Origin: a virus
Virus record (IMG/VR): IMGVR_UViG_3300025759_000081
Span: 2,558 to 66,557 of that record
DNA: 64,000 bases
Strand: one strand, 5' to 3'
Shown here piece after piece: positions 34,095-43,316 of this stretch (its first letter is position 1; each line of letters opens with the position of its first letter). Below the pieces are notes generated by a model. The model did no database searches. It was not told the origin of the DNA and saw only the letters and a list, made by a program, of their open reading frames with translations. The translations under genes were made by a program, and so were the position numbers.

Positions 34095-35924
34095 ATGACA
34101 ACCCCGAACGCTTCAATCACAGACTTAGATTTTGCTTCGATTAAAAATAGTTTAAAGAACTATCTCAAGTCTCAAACGCAGTTCAAAGATTACAATTTTG
34201 AGGGATCAAATTTGAATGCTTTGCTCGACGTCCTTGCGTTTAATACATACCAAAACAATTTTTACACTAATATGGCTATCAACGAAATGTTTCTTGATAC
34301 TGCAGTGTTAAAGAACTCAATTGTTTCACACGCAAAAGAATTAAATTACTTACCTCGGTCAAGAAAATCTCCAAAAGCTGTTATTAATGTAAACATTTTT
34401 TCAGAAACTCTTGATACAGAAACTTATACTATACCGCAATATAGTGTTTTTAGTAGTACTTACCTAGGACAAAACTTTACTTTCATTACAAATAAATCGT
34501 ATATTGCTCGTAGAATTGCTACTAACACTTATCAAGCAGATAATGTCGAAATTTTTGAAGGACAAATTCTGACAAGCTTTCAAAGAGAAGGCTTTATTGT
34601 AGATGACGAAGGAAAATTAAGAGTTTATTTGAGTAACGATAACGCAGATATAGATACTCTCGAAGTTTTCGTTAACGCTGAAGCAACCGATGACTTAAAC
34701 ATTTTTACTTATGCTAAAGATATATTTGGAGTAGAAGCAGATAGCAAAGTTTTTTATGTAGAACCTTATTTTGATGATCGTTATTCTATTTACTTTGGTA
34801 ATGATGTTTATGGGATTCAACCTAAAGATTTTGAAGATGTTCGTGTAAGATATAGAATTACGAGTGGTGAAGAAGCAAATGGTGCTAGTGCATTTACTGC
34901 TACGTTTTTAGAAAATGGAACTATCACATGTACTACAGTCGCTGCTGCGGCCGGTGGTGCTGAAAGGGAATCACTCGAATCAATTCGATTCAATGCACCT
35001 AAATCATTGCAAATTCAAGAAAGAGCTATTACAAGTACAGACTATGAAATCTTGTTAAAGCAAAAGTTTCCAACAATTAAAGCAGTGGCTGCTTATAGTG
35101 GTGACCAACTTGATCCTCCACAATTCGGTAAAGTTGCGGTTTCGGTTTTCTTAAACGATAGGACACAATTAATATCATCTACTCTAGCAAACAGTTATAT
35201 TGAATATTTAGAGGGAAGAAGTCCAATTGGTATTGAACCCATTTTTGTTCAAACTAAATATGTGTATGCCGATTTAGAAATTCAAGCCTATTATACTAAT
35301 AAGTTTTTGGATAAGTCAATAGATGAACTTGAAACTTTAATCAGGGCTCAAGTTCAAACATATTCTGATTTATATCTCGAAGATTTCAATAAAACTTTTA
35401 GAGCTTCAAATTTATCTACTCAAATAGATTCAATTGATACTGCTATTTTAAGTAATGACGTTATTGCAATGCCAATTATTGAATACGCGCCTATTCTTAA
35501 TATTGCAACAAATCCAGTATTTAAATTTGAATCAGAATTGATTAAGCCATATCCTTTTGATCAATCAACCGGATTTAAAGACTATAAACCTGCAATTCAA
35601 AGTAACGAATTTGATATAGAAGGCGCGTGTGTTTATATTCAAGACGATGGCTTAGGTAATATTCAAATCATTACTTCTGATATAACAAATCCACAAATTG
35701 TAAGAAAAGATGCCGGTACAGTAAATTACAACACCGGTGAAGTAAAACTTACTAAGTTTGTTGTAGAAAGTTATACAGGAACGGGTATTAAAATTAAAGC
35801 TCGCGTTAAGTCAAGTGATATTGAAGCTCCGCAAGGTAGAGTGTTCATCCTAAGAGATCAAGACGTAAAAGTAACTTTAAATTTAAGTGACAAAACAGGA
35901 ACAAAAACAAGCGCAGGAAGCTAA
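34095..35924 (+). CDS. 6: gp6 baseplate wedge subunit
   Basis: LDF..IK..LK.YL..Q..FKDYNFEGS.L..LLDVLA.NT, EMFLDTA....SIVSHAK.L.Y.P, and ESIRF.AP.....Q.RA.T..DY. Confidence 0.95.
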   Translation: MTTPNASITDLDFASIKNSLKNYLKSQTQFKDYNFEGSNLNALLDVLAFNTYQNNFYTNMAINEMFLDTAVLKNSIVSHAKELNYLPRSRKSPKAVINVNIFSETLDTETYTIPQYSVFSSTYLGQNFTFITNKSYIARRIATNTYQADNVEIFEGQILTSFQREGFIVDDEGKLRVYLSNDNADIDTLEVFVNAEATDDLNIFTYAKDIFGVEADSKVFYVEPYFDDRYSIYFGNDVYGIQPKDFEDVRVRYRITSGEEANGASAFTATFLENGTITCTTVAAAAGGAERESLESIRFNAPKSLQIQERAITSTDYEILLKQKFPTIKAVAAYSGDQLDPPQFGKVAVSVFLNDRTQLISSTLANSYIEYLEGRSPIGIEPIFVQTKYVYADLEIQAYYTNKFLDKSIDELETLIRAQVQTYSDLYLEDFNKTFRASNLSTQIDSIDTAILSNDVIAMPIIEYAPILNIATNPVFKFESELIKPYPFDQSTGFKDYKPAIQSNEFDIEGACVYIQDDGLGNIQIITSDITNPQIVRKDAGTVNYNTGEVKLTKFVVESYTGTGIKIKARVKSSDIEAPQGRVFILRDQDVKVTLNLSDKTGTKTSAGS

Positions 35925-35927
35925 CCA

Positions 35928-38231
35928 ATGGCTGATGAAGAACTCATAGTCAAAAATATATCGCTCTTTACTGAGAACCATTTTCCAAACATATACTTAG
36001 AAGATGGCAGTGAATTGGTCGACCTTGCGCGACAGTATTATAAATGGCTTGAAACAGATCAAAGCCAATCAATTTATAATGCAAGAAGAATGTTTGAGTA
36101 TCGAGATATTTCTACAACTCTCGAAAAAATGCTTGTTTTTTATAAGAAAAAATTCTTAGCAGATCTTCCTTATAATAAAGATACTATTTCATTTGTTGTT
36201 AGAAATATTCTTGATCTTTATCAAAGAAAAGGAACGAGTGACGGTATAGAGTTATTTTTTAAACTCTTTTATGATGAAACTGCGCTCATTACTTATCCAG
36301 CAACACAAATGCTCAAGCCTTCTAATTCTCAATGGAATACTGGAAATTATTTACAGCTGTTTGCAAATAGTAACGAATTCTTTTCTGAATCCGGACAAAA
36401 ATATACTTACGCAGATCTTATTGCTCGTAATGTTCAAGGATCATTATCAGAAGCAAAAGCGGCAGTAAGGGCTGTTAACTTAGTTGTTTTAAATGGTGGC
36501 TTAATACCAATCATTTATATTGATCAAGTGCAAGGAATATTTCAGAGATACGATCAACTATCTACGTATATTAACGGGGAATTTGTAGTTTTCGGACAAA
36601 TGAATGGTTCTTTAACTAATATTAATATGGATTTAGATTATAATCAAGCTACAACCGGAAATAAAGTTGGAGATATACTTAACGTTGTAACTTCAGATAC
36701 TGCTGTCGGTGGAAAGGTTATTGTGACCGGTATAACGACAAAAATTACTGGAGAAATTAAATACAGAATCGAAAATGGCGGATGGGGCTATACACTTGAA
36801 AATACCGCGCTTGAAGTTTCAAATCAAGTAGTATTTCCAGTTTTTGGTGGCTCATATGCAACTATGGATGATATTGCACCAGTTCCTCTTGAAAGAGTTA
36901 CTAATGGATCATTAACTGGAGAAATCATAGGTTATTCCGACGAAGTTATTGCTATTAAAGTAAATGATCCTGGAGGTATTGGGTATCTTACCGCCGATAC
37001 AATTACAACACTTGACCGTGTAGACGATCAAGGAAATCCAAATAATATTTCTTTCACAGTTTTACAAGCTTCTGAATTTAACAATACTTCACCTGGTGAC
37101 TTATTTCCAGACACTGGCGATCCATTAGACGTAGCTGTTAATACCCTTACAAACGTAGAAGCAATTAATGTTATAACAGACCCAATAGCCCCATATCTTT
37201 CTATTACAGTCGATGCTGCAGATTATGGAGCAGCCACTCCGATGTCAGGTTCTGCGTCTCCAGTTAACTATACTACTGTTTTATCAGACGCTTTTGATCT
37301 TACATCAATTAATGTTGGAACAATTGACACATTTAAAAACGTTGTTCCAGGGTCTGGATATAAGTTTGATGTTTGGGCAATTGCACGAGATCCTGTTATA
37401 TCATCTTTATCAAGATATGATCAAGAAATATCATTTCCAAATCCGGCTACTGCTGGTGCATTTAATATTAATGAAATCATAACTGAACAAAGCACTGGTG
37501 TACAAGGTATAATTAGAAAAACAAATTCTTCATTAGGTTATATTACTGTTACTCCTTATTCATATTATGGATTTTCAGGTGGACCAATTGTTAGAGGCGG
37601 AGGAGTCGGTGACGTATATGTCGTTTTAGATGTTAACAGAGATTATTCTTCAACTGTTGCAGGCTTAAATGCAGATATTGAAACTGTAACATCTTTTGCC
37701 GCCGGTAAGATTGAAACTGTAGCGGTAAGAGGATCTGGATTCGGTTATTTAAATGATGAAGTAGCAACACTTACAAACGATCTAGGTGAACCACAAGCAC
37801 AAGGTCTTGTTGATGCAACACGAATGGGTGTAACTGCTGGTTATTGGGCCGAGTATTCATCACACTTAAACGGATTTACAAAAACGTTAGCCGAAGATGG
37901 AGAAGATGAATATTACGAAGGAAATATGAGAATACAAGATAGTGATTATTTCCAAGAATATTCTTATGTTATTAAATCTAAAATTGATCCGGGCAAATAT
38001 CAAAAGCTTTTACGAGAAAGTGTCCACCTAGCTGGAACAAAGCCATTTAGTCAATTTTTATTAAGATCAAAAACTGGCACGGTTTCAAGTGGCAATTTTA
38101 TCAGATACTTTAATGACGATGGTCAAGGTAGTCCATTTGATCAAGCTGAGTTAAATGAAATTACTTCAGATATCATTAACTTTACTGTAGATTCAGATAC
38201 TCTGACCTCAGATAACGAACCAACACCATAA
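35928..38231 (+). CDS. 7: gp7-like baseplate wedge initiator
   Basis: Follows gp6. Contains LY.RKGT..GI..FF.LF and the C-terminal IQDS.Y.QEYSY.IKS.......Y...L...VH.AG motif. Confidence 0.72.
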   Translation: MADEELIVKNISLFTENHFPNIYLEDGSELVDLARQYYKWLETDQSQSIYNARRMFEYRDISTTLEKMLVFYKKKFLADLPYNKDTISFVVRNILDLYQRKGTSDGIELFFKLFYDETALITYPATQMLKPSNSQWNTGNYLQLFANSNEFFSESGQKYTYADLIARNVQGSLSEAKAAVRAVNLVVLNGGLIPIIYIDQVQGIFQRYDQLSTYINGEFVVFGQMNGSLTNINMDLDYNQATTGNKVGDILNVVTSDTAVGGKVIVTGITTKITGEIKYRIENGGWGYTLENTALEVSNQVVFPVFGGSYATMDDIAPVPLERVTNGSLTGEIIGYSDEVIAIKVNDPGGIGYLTADTITTLDRVDDQGNPNNISFTVLQASEFNNTSPGDLFPDTGDPLDVAVNTLTNVEAINVITDPIAPYLSITVDAADYGAATPMSGSASPVNYTTVLSDAFDLTSINVGTIDTFKNVVPGSGYKFDVWAIARDPVISSLSRYDQEISFPNPATAGAFNINEIITEQSTGVQGIIRKTNSSLGYITVTPYSYYGFSGGPIVRGGGVGDVYVVLDVNRDYSSTVAGLNADIETVTSFAAGKIETVAVRGSGFGYLNDEVATLTNDLGEPQAQGLVDATRMGVTAGYWAEYSSHLNGFTKTLAEDGEDEYYEGNMRIQDSDYFQEYSYVIKSKIDPGKYQKLLRESVHLAGTKPFSQFLLRSKTGTVSSGNFIRYFNDDGQGSPFDQAELNEITSDIINFTVDSDTLTSDNEPTP

Positions 38232-38263
38232 TAAATAGTAAATAAAATAATTTCGGAGAAATC

Positions 38264-39904
38264 ATGGCAAAGCAACTAGTTGACACAGGTTTAGTAGCCA
38301 ACGACGGGACAGGCGATCCTATACGCACTGCGATGACGAAAGTCAACGAAAATACTACTGAAATCTATAACGCTCTTGGAGGTAATACTCTTACCAACCT
38401 TGTAAATGGTAGTGGTGAAATTGAATTACTTCTTACAGCCAACAAGATTTCATTTCTTTATAATACAGAAGCTCAAGTATTAGCATTAGATACAACTGCA
38501 CATCATGGCGTTATAGCTCATGCACACGACACCGGGGCGCTGTATTATTGCCACGGCGAATGGAGAAAATTACTTACAGATAATTCTGCTATGGATGTTA
38601 CAAGCTATACCGATCCATTAGACCTTCATTCATATATCGATAACGTTACTAATGTTGGTGCAGCAACTCAAGTGCTTGTATCAAACGGCGATGGAACATT
38701 TACTTGGTCTAATCAATCGGGTGGTGGCGGTGGTGTTACAGTTGAAGATGAAGGTGTTGCTTTATCTACAGATGCTAGTACTCTTAACTTCACAGGTTCT
38801 GGTGTCACGGTTACCGGCAACGGTGCAACTAAAACAATCACAATCGCCGGTGGATCCGGTGTAGCAACTTCTCTCGATTTAACAGATACTCCAAGTTCTT
38901 ATGGTACTGCCGGACAGTCTCTTGTAGTTAACTCAGGTGCTAATGGTTTAGAATTTGCAACAGTCTCAACCGCCTCAGTTTCTATGACTAGCCTTACTGA
39001 TACAGATATATCAAATGTTCAAACCAATCAGGTATTAAAATGGAATGGTAATGATTGGCAAAATTTTGATCTCAATCCAACTTTTGCCGGTCTCACAGAT
39101 CAACCTGCTGCTCAATCAGATCAACAATCATTTGAAAATATTTGGAAAAATGCTTCAACTGTATTGACTGTTTCTGCAAATGGATCAACTGCATATCGAT
39201 TCGATCAATACGGAACAACAGATAACCCAACAATTTATGTTAAAGCAGGTACTACGATTGGATTTGATTTATCTTATGATCCAAGCGGCACACACCCATT
39301 TAAAATTCAGACTACTGGCGGTTCAGATATTGCAGATGGAATCTTTGAACTGACAAGCGGTAACGCATATAATGACTTCACACAAGGTGGTGCATACGGT
39401 GGAACATTATTTTGGAAAGTTCCTGCGTCTTTCTCAGGAAACTACCAATATATCTGTACAGCCCACGGGGGAATGATTGGTACCATTGTTGTTGAAGCTG
39501 CTGCAGGTGGTGGCGGTAGTACTCCTTCTCGTTCAACATCTAATGGAGCAACTTCTGGTACTCATGCAAATAATACTGATGAAAACTTAGATATTACCGG
39601 GTTTAAATCTTACTCTCTTCTTAAAATTGCTACAGACAGAGCAGCATGGGTAAGACTTTACATTACAAGCGCTAAAAGAACTTCAGACGCAAGTAGATTA
39701 CAAACACAAGATCCAGCCCCAACCGCCGGCGTAATTGCAGAAGTTGTCACAACTGGTGCTGAAACAGTTGACTTTACACCAGCGGCTCTCGGTTGGAATG
39801 GAGATGCGACACCTGGTACAACAATTTATGCGGCAGTACGAAATCTATCGGGATCAACTTCTGCGGTTGATGTAACATTAACACTTCTTCAATTAGAAGC
39901 TTAA
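38264..39904 (+). CDS. Baseplate/fibre structural protein with a gp9/gp10-like N terminus and a cupredoxin-like motif
   Basis: N-terminal G..ANDGTGDPIRTA..KVN.N..EIY. Internal THPF...YQYICTAHGGMIGTIVV motif. Confidence 0.65.
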   Translation: MAKQLVDTGLVANDGTGDPIRTAMTKVNENTTEIYNALGGNTLTNLVNGSGEIELLLTANKISFLYNTEAQVLALDTTAHHGVIAHAHDTGALYYCHGEWRKLLTDNSAMDVTSYTDPLDLHSYIDNVTNVGAATQVLVSNGDGTFTWSNQSGGGGGVTVEDEGVALSTDASTLNFTGSGVTVTGNGATKTITIAGGSGVATSLDLTDTPSSYGTAGQSLVVNSGANGLEFATVSTASVSMTSLTDTDISNVQTNQVLKWNGNDWQNFDLNPTFAGLTDQPAAQSDQQSFENIWKNASTVLTVSANGSTAYRFDQYGTTDNPTIYVKAGTTIGFDLSYDPSGTHPFKIQTTGGSDIADGIFELTSGNAYNDFTQGGAYGGTLFWKVPASFSGNYQYICTAHGGMIGTIVVEAAAGGGGSTPSRSTSNGATSGTHANNTDENLDITGFKSYSLLKIATDRAAWVRLYITSAKRTSDASRLQTQDPAPTAGVIAEVVTTGAETVDFTPAALGWNGDATPGTTIYAAVRNLSGSTSAVDVTLTLLQLEA

Positions 39905-39905
39905 T

Positions 39906-41618
39906 ATGGCACTTAAAGAATATATTGTCACTCTTCACAATAGAGAAGACCTAGAAGATTTCTATGATGACATGGAAACGCCGGGCGGTAGTCTTTATAT
40001 TCCTGATAGATCAGTTGGTTTACATTTAAGAAGAACAATCAGTCGTAACACGCATTATATGTTAACTACTGAAGAAGCAAAAGAAATACGTAAAGACGAA
40101 AGAGTAAGAGCAGTAACTTTAGCAGAGTTTATTAACAATTTAAAACAAGTTGATTATGGTTATAGCGCGGATGGTACATATGAAAGAACTTCTGGAAATG
40201 CTACCGCTAATCTTCAATGGGGTATTTTAAGACATACGATCAGAGATAACGTAGTAAATTGGGGATGGGATGGAACAACCACAGCCTCTAGTAATTTTAA
40301 TATAACAGCTTCCGGAAAAAACGTAGATGTTTTAGTGTTTGACGGATTTGTTGAAATAAATCATCCAGAATTTGCAGTAAACGCAGACGGAACTGGAGGA
40401 ACCCGCGTTACTCAATTTAATTGGTTTTCTTTAACTGCACAACTCGGTTATGGAACTAATGGAACATATGATTATACACATAGACCAGAAGATTCCAGTA
40501 GTAGTAATCACGGAACAAGTGTAGCATCAGTTATAGCCGGGAATCGCTTAGGTTGGGCAAGAGACGCAAACATATTTAATTTTAGATCTTATACAGGTGC
40601 CACACCAAATTATAACGCAGATGGAGGAAACAGATTAACGCAAGCAAATTCTTGGGATTATATAAGAGAATGGCATAATACAAAAGCAGTTAATTCTGAA
40701 ACGGGTAGAAGAAATCCAACTGTAGTTAATGCAAGTTTCGGGCCATCGACCACCGAGGCTGACATAACATCGTCATATGATGGAATTGCAGCTATAAGTT
40801 ATAGAGGGGCTTATTTTGCCCCAGGAAGAGTATTAACTGATGGTGAACTTACTGCTAGAGGTGTTGCAGTATATAATGGAAATTGGTATATGCAACCCGG
40901 CATTAACGAAGAAGATAATGACGCATACTTCGACGCAATAGAAGCTGATATTGAAGATGCTTTTGACGATGGAATCATATTGATCTGTGCCACCGGAAAC
41001 GAGTTTACCAGACTGGTCAAGCCCACAAATCAAGACTACAATAACGTTGCGTTTTTGCAAGACTTGGGTGGAGGAGCTATAAGTGATGGAATATATCCAA
41101 ATAGAGCTGGAGGTAGTGCCAACGGTCAAACAGTTCCAGAAACAATTAGTGTAGGTAATTCTTCTTATCACGTAAATGACAGAAGAAGACTTGATAGCAA
41201 TCAAGGAGATAGAATTGATCTCTGGGCTGCTGGTACCGCTATTCAAGCAGCGGTTAGAACAAGTGGAACTTTTAATGATCCTAGAAACGCATCTTATGAG
41301 ATTCAAAAAAGATACGGAACAAGTTTTGCCTCGCCACAAGTTGCAGGCGTAATAGCGCTTTTATTAGAAAGTAATCAAGGATTAACTCAAACTGAAGCTA
41401 AGGAATGGTTAATTTCTAATGCGTCTACAAATAAAATGTTTGATTCTGGCGCTTCAGACATGTCAGATTTTACTAGCTTACATGGCGCCCCTAACTTATT
41501 ATTATATTGGGAAAATCAAAGACCGGAATCTGGAACAATAGTACCAAAATTAAATAGTAAAGCAAGACCCACTTCGGGTCGAGCGTGGCCCCGTCCTAGG
41601 ATACGCGCGAAAGGGTAA
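39906..41618 (+). CDS. Subtilisin-like (S8) serine protease
   Basis: Triad motifs VDVLVFDG, NHGTSVASVIAG and GTSFASPQVAG, oxyanion ATGN, and a propeptide-like N terminus (KEYIVTL). Confidence 0.87.
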   Translation: MALKEYIVTLHNREDLEDFYDDMETPGGSLYIPDRSVGLHLRRTISRNTHYMLTTEEAKEIRKDERVRAVTLAEFINNLKQVDYGYSADGTYERTSGNATANLQWGILRHTIRDNVVNWGWDGTTTASSNFNITASGKNVDVLVFDGFVEINHPEFAVNADGTGGTRVTQFNWFSLTAQLGYGTNGTYDYTHRPEDSSSSNHGTSVASVIAGNRLGWARDANIFNFRSYTGATPNYNADGGNRLTQANSWDYIREWHNTKAVNSETGRRNPTVVNASFGPSTTEADITSSYDGIAAISYRGAYFAPGRVLTDGELTARGVAVYNGNWYMQPGINEEDNDAYFDAIEADIEDAFDDGIILICATGNEFTRLVKPTNQDYNNVAFLQDLGGGAISDGIYPNRAGGSANGQTVPETISVGNSSYHVNDRRRLDSNQGDRIDLWAAGTAIQAAVRTSGTFNDPRNASYEIQKRYGTSFASPQVAGVIALLLESNQGLTQTEAKEWLISNASTNKMFDSGASDMSDFTSLHGAPNLLLYWENQRPESGTIVPKLNSKARPTSGRAWPRPRIRAKG

Positions 41619-41647
41619 TAAATAACCAAAGGATAATAGGTTGAATC

Positions 41648-43303
41648 ATGCCAGAAATATTAACAACAGAATTTAAAACAGATACGACAAGAAAGGTCGT
41701 AGTTGATGCTTTAGCGAGTGACTATTTTGTTTTTGTTTCTGCTATTGAAAATATTACACCAGAAAATTCTATTAAATCACAAAACGAATTTTTAGCTAAA
41801 ACTCTTTTTGGAAAAATAGTGAATAATATTGATACAAAATATATGATCAAATATTATCCGTGGCAAGCCGGAGAAACATATGTTCAATATGACGACTCTG
41901 TTGATCTTGAAGGTGAAAAATTTTATGCTGTCGTAGGACCTACGAATAACGATACAGGTGATTATAGAGTTTATAAGTGTTTGTTTAATAACTTTGAAAG
42001 TCCAACAATTGCTCCTCCGGTTTGGGATACAAACCAACCAGACCAAACATATGGAACTGGTGACGGATACGTTTGGAAATTCATGTATTCTTTAAGTTTA
42101 ATTGAATTTGAAGCTTATAACGCGCTGGGCTATATTCCTATAACAGGTACTTTTGATGCAGATCCGGTTCCAACTTCTGGAGGATCTCAAATTAATATTA
42201 TTCAGGTAGAAAATCCCGATGCAAACTTTGGATATTCTAAAAAGACGGGGACACTAAGTCAAACACCAGATTTAGACGGAACTGTTAATACTCGAGAAGA
42301 TCCTACTCTTGCATTAGGTGAAGATTATTACGCAGGACAATCAATTTATTTTGTTAAGTCAAACGGCTCTTTTGAATTATACGAAATCGATACTTATGAT
42401 TTTGATACACAAACAAACCGTGCATCAATTAGAGTTAAAGACAACATTGACTTAATCACTTATCCTGGAGGACGAGCAGCAAATCCTACCGCACCCGGAT
42501 TACCTGCACAAGACGGTGTTGGAGTTAATAATGCTTTTTCAATTTTTCCAAGAGTATTAATAGAAGGAGATGGTACTGGAGCACGAGCAATTCCTAATGT
42601 TGACTCTGAAGGTAGAATTCGTACTATTACAATTCTTAGCGCTGGTGACGGATATAATACAGTTCAAGCTAGCGTTGTAGATCCTCTTTATGATTTTGAT
42701 CCATCTGCTACTAATTCTACTGATGTGAGAGCAACTGTTCGTCCGATACTTTCTCCAACGGACGGGCACGGTACAGATTTAGTAGACGAACTTAAGTGTC
42801 ACCATTATCTTTTATATGGTTATATTTTATCTGATGATAATGAATCAATTGGTGATACAAATACATATACCGGCGTAGGTATAGTTAAAGATCCTGATTT
42901 TACTGGTGTTACACCAAGCGTATTTGATAATAGAATTGCAGTCAATTCTCCAGATTACAATAAAGTCACTGTAAATAGTATTATAACTCAGGTAAACCAG
43001 CAAAATGAAACTACCTTTTCAGGTATAGTACACGAAATAGATTCAGCAAATGAAATTATTTACATTGCTGAATATAATAACATCTATCCTAATCAAGTTG
43101 GTCAAGATACAGCCTTTGATCTTACAAAAGACTTATTCAACGAAACAGGTCAGATCGTAGTAATAAATACTCCAATAGTAGATAACGTTACTTTTTCAGA
43201 GTATGTTCAACGTACGGGTAAAGTATATTATATGGAAGATTTTTTCCCGTTAGCAAGAAATGAACTTTCGAGAGAAGAATTCAAAATTGTCTTTGAATTT
43301 TAA
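41648..43303 (+). CDS. 8: gp8-like baseplate wedge subunit
   Basis: W..GETY.QYD, FY.V......YRVYKCL.N....PT..P, and DGYVWKFMY. Confidence 0.8.
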   Translation: MPEILTTEFKTDTTRKVVVDALASDYFVFVSAIENITPENSIKSQNEFLAKTLFGKIVNNIDTKYMIKYYPWQAGETYVQYDDSVDLEGEKFYAVVGPTNNDTGDYRVYKCLFNNFESPTIAPPVWDTNQPDQTYGTGDGYVWKFMYSLSLIEFEAYNALGYIPITGTFDADPVPTSGGSQINIIQVENPDANFGYSKKTGTLSQTPDLDGTVNTREDPTLALGEDYYAGQSIYFVKSNGSFELYEIDTYDFDTQTNRASIRVKDNIDLITYPGGRAANPTAPGLPAQDGVGVNNAFSIFPRVLIEGDGTGARAIPNVDSEGRIRTITILSAGDGYNTVQASVVDPLYDFDPSATNSTDVRATVRPILSPTDGHGTDLVDELKCHHYLLYGYILSDDNESIGDTNTYTGVGIVKDPDFTGVTPSVFDNRIAVNSPDYNKVTVNSIITQVNQQNETTFSGIVHEIDSANEIIYIAEYNNIYPNQVGQDTAFDLTKDLFNETGQIVVINTPIVDNVTFSEYVQRTGKVYYMEDFFPLARNELSREEFKIVFEF

Positions 43304-43316
43304 AGGAACAAAATAA

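Noticed and set aside
40833-41339. 168-aa minus-strand ORF, plus the many other 60-130 aa overlapping ORFs in the track
   Set aside because: They lie antisense or out of frame within well-supported genes, lack SD or promoter support, and have no recognisable motifs. Treated as shadow ORFs.
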